Assembly (NCBI GenBank): GCA_014802345.1
Contig: JAAVCM010000003.1
Location: forward strand, 6,890-70,889
Direction of reading: 5' to 3'
From: Bacteroides sp.
GTDB taxonomy: Bacteria; Bacteroidota; Bacteroidia; Bacteroidales; Muribaculaceae
DNA: 64,000 nucleotides
The position numbers were made by a program, and so were the translations under genes. The notes beneath the pieces are model-generated. The model was not told the origin of the DNA and did not search any database. It saw only the letters and a list, made by a program, of their open reading frames with translations. Shown here piece after piece: positions 1 through 8,468 of this stretch. The first letter of the stretch is position 1; every line of letters starts with the position of its first letter.

Positions 1-812
1 GTCAGTATCGGCTCCAATTGTGCGATAAGTCTTTCAAGTTCGGCGGTAAGACCGAATTGTCCGAATCTGTCCCACAGAAGACCCTGCGGGGCGACAAGAT
101 TACCGCTATACATACCCCTTGCCTCCGTCTGAAAGAGTGAGAGTCCCATGAACTCCGCACGATGCTCCCCGCAGTGGAATAGCACGGCGAAATCAGCCAC
201 CTTATCAAGTCCCTTCTCCACCATGACGCTCCCCTGACGGTGGATTATTCCTTCGGCACGGCGATGCAAAGCTCCGCTGTCGAGCGACCGCGCGCAGAAC
301 ACTCCGCGTCCGCTCCCTGACCACGGCGACTTTATGAAACATCCCGGATGACTCTTTTCGAGTTCGACCACTCGGTCGGGATTATCGGTCTCAACCGCTA
401 TCGGATAATGTCCGTCGAGCCTATTGATGATTTCTATTGACATCCGTCGGTGGCTCAGGAGGCGTATACGGTCTATCGCGCTGTCGGTCGGCAGAATTTC
501 CGGCCTGACCCCGGCACAGAGAAATTGCCGTCGGGCATCAAGGCTCCACCCCCACGGAGCAGTCCCGCTCAATCCGGCGAAAGCCGACGCATCACCGCAC
601 ACCTGACCTTTCAGCCCGAAGCGTGCGGCAAGCCTCCCGGCTTCATCTCGCAGACATTCGGGGGCAAGAATAAGGTCGGTTTCCTCCGCCCACCACATCG
701 GTAGGAGCGCCCCGGCGCGGTGGATGGCGGCTGCATGGGGCGGTGGAGTGTAGTGGCGGCAGTTCAGGCCGAGTGCAAGATCATTTTCGGGATTGAAGAG
801 GTGGAGTTTCAT
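1..812 (-). CDS. Conserved Bacteroidetes hypothetical protein with ATP-grasp-like motifs (3' end runs off window start; absent from ORF track)
   Basis: Manual translation from ATG at 812: MKLHLFNPENDLALG...APWGWS...FIKSPWSGSGRGVF...GSVMVEKGLDKVADFAVLF; no stop down to base 1; KxPxSxSGRGV and VE motifs are ATP-grasp-like. Confidence 0.8.
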   Translation of the reverse strand, partial: MKLHLFNPENDLALGLNCRHYTPPPHAAAIHRAGALLPMWWAEETDLILAPECLRDEAGRLAARFGLKGQVCGDASAFAGLSGTAPWGWSLDARRQFLCAGVRPEILPTDSAIDRIRLLSHRRMSIEIINRLDGHYPIAVETDNPDRVVELEKSHPGCFIKSPWSGSGRGVFCARSLDSGALHRRAEGIIHRQGSVMVEKGLDKVADFAVLFHCGEHRAEFMGLSLFQTEARGMYSGNLVAPQGLLWDRFGQFGLTAELERLIAQLEPIL

Positions 813-883
813 TTCAGGGATATTAAAATCTGCTTACCGTGGGTGCAAAGTTAAGCAAATTTTACGGAAGGGGAGGAAAATGA

Positions 884-933
884 CAGCCGGGACAGACGTT
901 TACGGATACGCTCCGCAATGTTTGTCCCGGCTG
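884..933 (-). terminator. Hairpin downstream of pepC, probable terminator
   Basis: CAGCCGGGACAGAC ... GTTTGTCCCGGCTG inverted repeat just past the pepC stop. Confidence 0.55.
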
Positions 934-969
934 AATGTGTGTGTCAGTGTCGAAACGCGGGGGAGGGGT

Positions 970-2166
970 TTAGAGGTTCATTTTCTTTACGATGTCAGCA
1001 GGGATGGCTTCGCGGTTCACGAGGATGTCGAGTGTCTTGGCAAGGAAATACGGCTCGGAGACATAGAAGAAGCCGTCATAGACCTGATTGGTGTCCCAAG
1101 AGTTCTTGACCTTATAGTATTTGTTGCCTTTCTGGTCTACGGCCTTGCCGACGATTACCATGCCGTGGTCGTCGGTGGTCTCCTGCTTGTCGAACATCTC
1201 CTGACGGAGTTCCTGAGTGACGGTGATTTCTTCGGCGGGACCGTCGATTTTGTTAGCTTCTGCCTCACGCTCACGGTCGCTGAGCTTCACCCAGCGTGCA
1301 AGTTCGGTTCCGCTGAGGTCGTCGGCAGTCTTTTTCTTGGGGATTACGGCGTAGCCGTTGGTCCATTTGAATCCGGGTTCGCTGACGTCGGCTGCCCATG
1401 CTACGGAATAGCCGTTGTCAATCGCGTTGTCAACGATGGCTTTCATCTCCTCCATAGGCACATTCATGTATTTCTCCCAAAGCCAGTTGTCGGCTACTTC
1501 GACTGCGAAGGGCTGATAGAAGGGATGGTGGGTGAACGAGGTGACGGGGACATAGTCGGCGGCATCAATGCCGAGCGACTTTGCAAAGCTCTGGGGAGTG
1601 TAGGTCTGGCCTTCGTAGACAAAGGTCTCGGGGAGTTCGCCGAAATAAGCGTCAAGCAGACCGCCGAAAGCCTTCTTCCACGCGGGTGATTTCTTCTTGT
1701 TCTGATTGATTGACTTGACGAATGATGTGAGTGCGCCGGAGAGTTCGGCGTGGTCATGCTTCTCCTCGCCATACTCGATGCCGCGGTAGGCCTCCTCAGG
1801 TACGAGTCCGTAGTTGACCATGACGTAAGGCACATCGAGCGTGCTGCCGCCCTGTGCGAAATTGATGGTGCCGTTCATACGGATGTATTTGTCGGCTTTA
1901 TCGTTGTAGCAGTGGCGGACTACGAACATCTCGCTGAGGTCCACTTCTTTGCCGGTTTTGCGGAGGATTTCATCTTCGAGGAATGAAACGCCTGAGAAAC
2001 TCCAGCAGGTTCCAGACTTGTTCTGATCCTTGACGGGGGTTGTCTTGACGGTCTTGACATCGGTGAACTTGAATCCGCCGGTCTTGTCGTCTTCAGTCTT
2101 TTTGTCTTTGGCCTGAACGCCGAAAGCCATACAGAGCGCCACGGCTCCTAAGAAATACTTATTCAT
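970..2166 (-). CDS. pepC: Cysteine aminopeptidase C (peptidase C1B / bleomycin hydrolase family) with signal peptide
   Basis: QNKSGTCWSFS catalytic Cys motif, DDHGM (His), KVKNSW (Asn); N-terminal signal peptide. Confidence 0.9.
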   Translation of the reverse strand: MNKYFLGAVALCMAFGVQAKDKKTEDDKTGGFKFTDVKTVKTTPVKDQNKSGTCWSFSGVSFLEDEILRKTGKEVDLSEMFVVRHCYNDKADKYIRMNGTINFAQGGSTLDVPYVMVNYGLVPEEAYRGIEYGEEKHDHAELSGALTSFVKSINQNKKKSPAWKKAFGGLLDAYFGELPETFVYEGQTYTPQSFAKSLGIDAADYVPVTSFTHHPFYQPFAVEVADNWLWEKYMNVPMEEMKAIVDNAIDNGYSVAWAADVSEPGFKWTNGYAVIPKKKTADDLSGTELARWVKLSDREREAEANKIDGPAEEITVTQELRQEMFDKQETTDDHGMVIVGKAVDQKGNKYYKVKNSWDTNQVYDGFFYVSEPYFLAKTLDILVNREAIPADIVKKMNL

Positions 2167-2314
2167 TTGACTGATGATTGGTTTGATTTTTAGATGTATG
2201 ATTAGAAGTTTTGATTTCGGATAGATGTATATGGTACTATTTTCAGGATTTCGGAGAGCAGATGCAAAGTTATTATAAATTTATGGCAATTCAAGTATTT
2301 TAAAGAAAAAGTTG

Positions 2315-2322
2315 TAACTTTG
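2315..2322 (+). promoter_or_regulatory. Bacteroidetes sigma-A -7 box (TAACTTTG); divergent copy CAAAGTTA at 2265-2272 for pepC
   Basis: Matches TAnnTTTG consensus upstream of ATG 2351. Confidence 0.6.
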
Positions 2323-2350
2323 TGTGCTTGTTTTTTATTACGACATCAGC

Positions 2351-2974
2351 ATGAAACAAAAAATTGTAACACTTATAATAGTCCTTGCTGCCCTCTGCGG
2401 CGCCGGCCATGCCTCCGCTCAGTTTCGCTGGGGAGCGACCGCAGGTATCAATATCAATGATTTCAAATTCAAGCAGTCGGGGATACTGACTGTCGATAAG
2501 GGTATAGGAGAGTCGGCAGGTATCAACGGCGAAATGATGTTTCCGGGCATTGGTTTCGGTATTGACATAGGACTGCGCTACGAGCAGCTTGGCGCGACGT
2601 TCAATCTGGGCGATTTCCCGTTGTGGTCAGACTATTCCACCAAGGAGCGCATATATATCCACAATATTCAGATTCCATTCAACCTGAAATTCAAGTACAC
2701 ACGTTTTCAGGGATTCGAGGATTATCTCGCGCCTTTTGTCTATGGTGGTCCCGTATTTAACATTCAGGCTGCCCACAGTAAGTGTGATGCAATTAAGTTT
2801 TCAGGCGGTGACCTCGGGCTTACCGTGGGTGGCGGTGCTGAAATCTTCAAGCGTTGGCAGATTTCCGCATCCTACACATGGGGTATGACCTATGCACTCA
2901 AAGCCAATATTCTTACCGATTACAGCGCACGCAACCGCTATTGGGATGTCAGAGTGACATATTATTTCAAATAG
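2351..2974 (+). CDS. Outer-membrane beta-barrel (porin/PorT-like, OMP_b-brl_2) protein
   Basis: Signal peptide ending ASAQ, alternating aromatic beta-strands, C-terminal beta-signal VRVTYYFK; ATG 2351 preferred over GTG 2324. Confidence 0.8.
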   Translation: MKQKIVTLIIVLAALCGAGHASAQFRWGATAGININDFKFKQSGILTVDKGIGESAGINGEMMFPGIGFGIDIGLRYEQLGATFNLGDFPLWSDYSTKERIYIHNIQIPFNLKFKYTRFQGFEDYLAPFVYGGPVFNIQAAHSKCDAIKFSGGDLGLTVGGGAEIFKRWQISASYTWGMTYALKANILTDYSARNRYWDVRVTYYFK

Positions 2975-2997
2975 CAGTAGATTGATTGGTTGTATGG

Positions 2998-3743
2998 ACG
3001 CGCGGAAGAGCGTATGCCGAATGAAGTAGTTCGCAGCCTAAACGATTTAAAATTAAGATAAATGAGGATGTATCGAAATCATACGATTTTGGTACATCCT
3101 CATTTTTATTATGAATGTCATTATTACCCATGCCAGTTATAACCTATATTTTCACGGTCACGAAACCCCAAGCATGAAGCGGTGATTCAATTATGCCCCT
3201 CACGAGGAATATTTACGATGGTGAGCCTAAGCCGCGAAGCGGTGATACAATCATAGCCCCACTACGAGGAGATGCCGGGAAATGGTAGCCCGTAAGGGCG
3301 AACATTGTCCGACATCGACGAGGCGTGGGGTAAGGTAAGAAGATTATTGGTAAGGGCTTCGAAGAAGTCCGATAAAGGAACAAGATAAGTCTATAGCGGA
3401 TGAATTTCCATAAATGCCGTATATCCATTTCTTTGTCGGACTTCTTCGAAGCCCTTCTCTATTACCGTTATAATTACCCCACGCCTCCTTCGCATCCTAG
3501 GAAAGGTAAAAATTCCCTACGGTCAAATTTTACCTTTCCTACTCGCTCGGTCGTGGTGGGGCTATGATTGCATCACCGCTTCGCGGTTTATCTTCTTGTA
3601 ATAATCAAATAATCACCATAAAAATATTCATAATAAAAATGAGGATGTACCAAAATCGTATGATTTCGATACATCCTCATTTATCTGGGCTTTAAATATT
3701 TAGGTTGAAAATTATTTCATTCGGCATACGCGCTTCCGCGCGT
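2998..3743. repeat. Four-layer nested inverted repeat (REP/REPIN- or MITE-like palindromic element)
   Basis: Arm pairs: 2998-3116/3626-3743 (perfect 61-bp core 3056-3116/3626-3686), 3232-3267/3551-3586, 3320-3333/3474-3487, 3352-3380/3428-3456; side hairpin 3498-3541. Confidence 0.9.
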
Positions 3744-3823
3744 TCCCACAAAAATTGTCCGTGCAAAGATTGTGCATATAATAATTGTATGTGTAAAGAT
3801 TCGTACAAAGATTAAGGTATTGA

Positions 3824-3864
3824 CTATACTCTAATCTCTATACTTTAACCTCTATACTCTAATC
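3824..3864. repeat. Short tandem repeat, ~14-bp unit (CTCTATACTCTAAT) x3
   Basis: ctatactctaat ctctatactttaac ctctatactctaat c, abutting the PBP1A stop. Confidence 0.7.
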
Positions 3865-6325
3865 AATCAAACACGCCTTCCATTGTGGTGTCTTCGGCGT
3901 TGGTGTCGTCGTTGACCTCCTCCTGATAATATCCGTAGAATTCCTTTTCACAGAGATTGAAATCCTTCGGGAATTCAAAGCGTGTACTTTGCGAATAATT
4001 GAGCGAGGGGTCGGCATAAACCTTCTTCATGAAACGTGCATAGACCGGGAGAGCCATCGTCGCACCCTGACCGTAAGTCATAGTATTGAAGTGGATGAAA
4101 CGCTCGTCGCCACCGACCCACGTTCCTGCCACGAGGTTAGGGGTGAAGCCCATGAACCATCCGTCGGCATTATAGTTGGTCGTACCTGTCTTACCACCCA
4201 TTTCCGCAGTTATGCCGAAGCGTGAGCGGGCGCGATGGGCAGTGCCCTCGTTAACAACATTGAGCAGCATGGAGAGTATGCGGTAGTAAGCCTTCTCGCT
4301 TATCACTTCCGTGTGGCGGGGTGAAAATTCCGAAATGATATTGCCGTTGTTGTCAGCGATGGCGGTTACGAACATCGGGTCGACCCTCATGCCGTTGTTG
4401 GCAAATGCTGAGTAGGCGGTGACCATCTCCTTGACCGATACATCGGCCGGGCCGAGGCAGAGCGACATCACAGGAGGGAGCTCCGACGTGATACCGAAAT
4501 TGTGCATCGTGCGGACAAGCGACGGAGGGGAGAGATGGGAAATAAGTCGTGCCGAAATCCAGTTGTTGGAGTTGGTGAGAGCCCATTTGAGGTCCACCAT
4601 TTCACCGACGCGGGCGGAGCTGGCATTACGCGGCATCCAGAGTTTGCCGGTCTCGTCGGTCAGCACCGGCTGGGTGTTGGAAAATTCGTCGCAGGGAGTG
4701 AATCCCTCCTCCATAGCGTAAGAGTAAAGGAACGGCTTGACCGTCGAACCTATCTGGCGACGTCCGGTCGACACCATGTCATACTGGAAATACGAGAAGT
4801 TCGGCCCTCCGATATATGCCTTAATGTGACCGTTGAGCGGATCCATTGCCATGAAGCCCATACGGAGGAAATGTTTATGGTAAAGCACCGAGTCGAGCGG
4901 CGTCATCACGGTGTCGATGGAGCCGTGGTAGGAGAACACCTTCATTTCGCGGGGAGTGTTGAAAGCGCGGTCGATTTCCTCACGCGAGGCTCCGGCCTTC
5001 GTCATGACGCGATAGCGGTCAGTGTTCTTCATCGCATTGCGGACGAGGTGATTGCGTCGTATCTCCGAAAGCTCGGCGCGGTCAGACGTGTAAGGCGCAC
5101 CCTTCGTTCCGCGCTTTTCGCGGAAGAAGGCAGGCTGGAGGTAGTCGCCGATATGCTCGGCCACTGCTTCCTCGGCATATTCCTGCATACGCGTGTCGAT
5201 GGTGGTGTAGATTTTCAGACCGTCGGTGTAGATGTCATACTTCGAGCCATCGGGCTTTGGATTCTTCTCAATCCAGCCATAGAGCGGATTGGTCTCCCAC
5301 GCAATCGAATCGTCGATGAACTTCTGTCCTTCCCAGCCGCGGTAGTTACTGCGTTCAGGCTTCTGGGCGCGGAGCATACGGCGCAGTTCCTCGCGGAAAT
5401 ATGGAGCGATGCCGTCCTTGGTGTCCATGCGGTTGAAGGTCAGATTGAGCGGAAGTGCGGAGAGTGAATCGAGTTCCGCCTCGGTGATTTTGCCTGCCTT
5501 CTCCATCTGGGCGAGAACCACATTGCGGCGCTGGCGAGTGCGTTCATTCTGACGTACCGGATTGTAGTATGCCGGGTTTTTCACCATTCCGACAAGCGTC
5601 GCGGCTTCTTCGATGGTGAGGTCCTTGGGAGCTTTGTTGAAGTAAACGTGAGCGGCCGATTTGATGCCGACGGCATTGTAGAGGAAGTCAAACTGGTTGA
5701 GATACATTTTGATGATTTCCTCTTTCGAGTAGTAGCGCTCGAGCTTCACAGCAATCATCCACTCGATAGGCTTCTGCATGGCACGCGAGAGGAGGCCGGA
5801 ACTGTTGGGCGAATAGAGCTGCTTGGCGAGCTGCTGGGTGAGGGTAGAACCACCGCCGGCGTTCTTGTTGCCCAGAAGGAGTGTCTTGAACAGCACTCGG
5901 CCGAGACCCCTCATGTCGATACCCGAATGTTCCTCGAAGCGCACATCCTCGGTCGAGATAAGCGCGTCGATGACGTGGGGCGATACCTCGTCGAAATCGG
6001 CATAAACGCGGTTGCCTGTACCGACGAAATAGCGGCCTATTTCCTTGCCGTCAGACGAATACAGGACGGAAGCGAAGCGGTCGGTCGGATTTTTCAGCTC
6101 CTCGACGGCGGGCATATAGCCGATGACACCGTTGTAGACGAAGAAAAGGAAAAGAAAAATACCGACGATTGCCGAGGCGAATATCACCCAGAGGGTGACA
6201 ATCAGTCCGCGGTAGCGGCGGGGTTTCTTGCCCTTGGGATTTTTTTTGCCTGATCGGGATGTGCGTTGTTTGGAATTTGACTGTAAGTCGTTAGTATTCC
6301 GATAATTATTTTCTTGCTGTTGCAT
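3863..6325 (-). CDS. mrcA: Penicillin-binding protein 1A (transglycosylase/transpeptidase)
   Basis: N-terminal TM; EDVRFEEHSG, GGSTLTQQLAK glycosyltransferase motifs; STVK, SNN, KTG transpeptidase motifs. Confidence 0.92.
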   Translation of the reverse strand: MQQQENNYRNTNDLQSNSKQRTSRSGKKNPKGKKPRRYRGLIVTLWVIFASAIVGIFLFLFFVYNGVIGYMPAVEELKNPTDRFASVLYSSDGKEIGRYFVGTGNRVYADFDEVSPHVIDALISTEDVRFEEHSGIDMRGLGRVLFKTLLLGNKNAGGGSTLTQQLAKQLYSPNSSGLLSRAMQKPIEWMIAVKLERYYSKEEIIKMYLNQFDFLYNAVGIKSAAHVYFNKAPKDLTIEEAATLVGMVKNPAYYNPVRQNERTRQRRNVVLAQMEKAGKITEAELDSLSALPLNLTFNRMDTKDGIAPYFREELRRMLRAQKPERSNYRGWEGQKFIDDSIAWETNPLYGWIEKNPKPDGSKYDIYTDGLKIYTTIDTRMQEYAEEAVAEHIGDYLQPAFFREKRGTKGAPYTSDRAELSEIRRNHLVRNAMKNTDRYRVMTKAGASREEIDRAFNTPREMKVFSYHGSIDTVMTPLDSVLYHKHFLRMGFMAMDPLNGHIKAYIGGPNFSYFQYDMVSTGRRQIGSTVKPFLYSYAMEEGFTPCDEFSNTQPVLTDETGKLWMPRNASSARVGEMVDLKWALTNSNNWISARLISHLSPPSLVRTMHNFGITSELPPVMSLCLGPADVSVKEMVTAYSAFANNGMRVDPMFVTAIADNNGNIISEFSPRHTEVISEKAYYRILSMLLNVVNEGTAHRARSRFGITAEMGGKTGTTNYNADGWFMGFTPNLVAGTWVGGDERFIHFNTMTYGQGATMALPVYARFMKKVYADPSLNYSQSTRFEFPKDFNLCEKEFYGYYQEEVNDDTNAEDTTMEGVFD

Positions 6326-6602
6326 GGACAGATGGTTTGGGAGAGATGAAAAGGGTTAGTTGGGCATCAGCACTGAAACATCAGCGCATTTCAGGCGGCA
6401 AAGTTACGCAATTTTCCCGAAATTTCAATACAAAAATTGAGTCGGGGATGCACTTGGGTTTCATGGTGTCCATATACATATAATGGTACATCGTTATGGC
6501 GGAATGGCTTGTTTTAAGTATGATGATATAGGAACAATGCTGCGACGGAGGACGTTATAAAAATATATCTGCAATCATGTTTCAACTAAATACGGCTACA
6601 TT

Positions 6603-8303
6603 ATGATTGATGCTTTCGGTGATATTTTAAGGGAATATCCGACACTGGCGGTGTTTCTGACCGTCGGGCTGGGATTTTTACTCGGACGTCTGCGCTTCGG
6701 GTCGTTTTCACTCGGAAGTGTGACTGCGGTGCTGCTCGTCGGGGTGCTTGTCGGGCAACTCAACATACCTATGTCGGGTCCGCTCAAGACGGTGTTCTTC
6801 ATGATGTTTCTGTTTTCCATCGGTTACAGCGTAGGGCCTGAATTCTTCAAGTCGTTGCGCGGGCTGGGGTTGAAACAGGTATTGTTCGCCGTAGTGATGA
6901 GTATGTGTTGCTTCTTGGTGACAGTAGCCCTCGCCTATATATTCGGTTATACGAAAGGTGAGACGGTCGGGCTGTTCTCTGGTTCGCAGACCTGCTCGTC
7001 GCTTATCGGTGTCGGGAGTGAGGCGATAGGTAAACTTCCGCTCGACCCGACCGACAAGGAGGCGCAGATTTCGATTATCCCGGTGTGCTATGCGGTCACT
7101 TATATATTCGGTACACTCGGGACAGTCATAATCCTCGGTAATTTCGGCCCTAAGCTGCTCGGAGGTATCGATAAGGTCAGGCTTGAGGCCGGGGAACTTG
7201 AAAAGAGTCTCGACAACAAATCGTGGGCGGCAGATCCGGCGAAGTTCAATGCTCATAGGGGCATTTCGTTCCGCTCCTACAAACTGACCGACAGGGCATT
7301 CCGTAAAGGACTCAGCGTAGCTGACACCGAGGCGCTTTTTGCTTCCCACAACATCCATGTCTACATAGGCCGAGTACAGCAAGATGGACGTATTTTCACT
7401 CCTGATCCTACGGATATGCTTCATTGCGGTGACCAAGTGGTGATCTGCGGAGTGCGCAAGTCTATGGTGAAGGTCGAACATTATGTGGGGCCGGAGGTCG
7501 ACAACCGACGGCTGCTGACCTATCCCGTAGAGCGTGTGCCGGTTCGCGTAGCCTCCCGCAATGTTGCCGGTCATCCCCTCGGTGATTTGCTCTCGGCTTC
7601 ATTCATGCGTGGAGTTTCGGTGCGCAGGATTCTGCGCGACGGCAAGGAGACATCCCTAAAACACGCCGACAATCTCGAAAAGGGTGACACGGTGGTTCTC
7701 ATCGGCGACAGTACGGCTGTCAGGGATGCGGGAAAGGAGATAGGCCATGCCGACCGCCCGACAACGTCGAGCGACCTGATGTTTCTCGGTCTTGCCATAT
7801 TCATCGGTGGTTTCCTCGGTGCGCTGACTATATGGGTCGGCGGAGTCCCCGTCAGTTTCGGAACGAGCGGAGGGGCGCTCCTCGCCGGAATATTCTTCGG
7901 ATGGCTCCGTTCACGCCGCCCGACTTTCGGACAGATTCCGGCTTCGGCTCTCTGGCTGATGAATAATCTCGGCCTGAACGTGTTTATCGCGGTCGTCGGG
8001 ATAGAGGCCGCTCCCTCGTTTGTAGCCGGTCTGCGTGATGTCGGCTGGATGCTCTTTGTTGCGGGAGCCATCGGAACGATGATACCGCTTTTCATCGGAC
8101 TGTGGATGGGTCATAAGGTATTCAAATTCAATCCTGCCATCACACTCGGATGCTGTGCGGGGACGCGTACCTGCACGGCTTCGCTGGGTGCCGTTCAGGA
8201 TGCCATCGGCAGCACCGTCCCGACCATCGGATATACCGTCACCTATGCCGTCAGCAATATCCTCCTCGTCGTCTGGGGCATGGTCACCGTCATGCTCGTT
8301 TGA
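6603..8303 (+). CDS. aspT: Aspartate:alanine antiporter (AspT/YidE family) with TrkA-C domains
   Basis: Duplicated membrane domains (FLFSIGYSVGP, GYTVTYAVSN) around a soluble RCK-C-like region. Confidence 0.85.
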   Translation: MIDAFGDILREYPTLAVFLTVGLGFLLGRLRFGSFSLGSVTAVLLVGVLVGQLNIPMSGPLKTVFFMMFLFSIGYSVGPEFFKSLRGLGLKQVLFAVVMSMCCFLVTVALAYIFGYTKGETVGLFSGSQTCSSLIGVGSEAIGKLPLDPTDKEAQISIIPVCYAVTYIFGTLGTVIILGNFGPKLLGGIDKVRLEAGELEKSLDNKSWAADPAKFNAHRGISFRSYKLTDRAFRKGLSVADTEALFASHNIHVYIGRVQQDGRIFTPDPTDMLHCGDQVVICGVRKSMVKVEHYVGPEVDNRRLLTYPVERVPVRVASRNVAGHPLGDLLSASFMRGVSVRRILRDGKETSLKHADNLEKGDTVVLIGDSTAVRDAGKEIGHADRPTTSSDLMFLGLAIFIGGFLGALTIWVGGVPVSFGTSGGALLAGIFFGWLRSRRPTFGQIPASALWLMNNLGLNVFIAVVGIEAAPSFVAGLRDVGWMLFVAGAIGTMIPLFIGLWMGHKVFKFNPAITLGCCAGTRTCTASLGAVQDAIGSTVPTIGYTVTYAVSNILLVVWGMVTVMLV

Positions 8304-8426
8304 CGGAGGTTGGTATGTCGCGTCAACGCAGGCCCTACATTAGGAAAGGGTTCTGATATGGTTGTAAATATTCAGAAAGAGTTTTGATACGAATGTAAAT
8401 ATCCGGCAGAAATTTTTTCTTCGGGC

Positions 8427-8458
8427 GATGCAGTCTTTGACGTTTTTCTGACTCATTA
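8427..8458 (+). promoter_or_regulatory. Putative ECF-sigma promoter GATGCAGTCTTT-N14-TCATTA (autoregulatory copy)
   Basis: Same bipartite motif with the same 14-nt spacer at 10159-10190. Confidence 0.7.
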
Positions 8459-8468
8459 TCTCTGAGCA

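Noticed and set aside
590-610. GTGCG on the minus strand as a group II intron 5' end
   Set aside because: Falls within the open ATP-grasp-like reading frame; no RT ORF or domain V.
793-1689. Long antisense ORFs (e.g. 793-1689, 4502-5467, 6708-7574, 12395-13249, 18020-18979, 52308-53303)
   Set aside because: They mirror well-supported genes on the opposite strand, show no motifs, and are expected from biased codon usage.
3213-3428. 71-aa ORF inside the nested palindrome
   Set aside because: Translation of repeat DNA (SPLRGL-type pattern); no coding evidence.
3056-3686. Possible CRISPR array in the repeat region
   Set aside because: Repeats are inverted and nested, not direct with regular spacers; no cas genes in the window.
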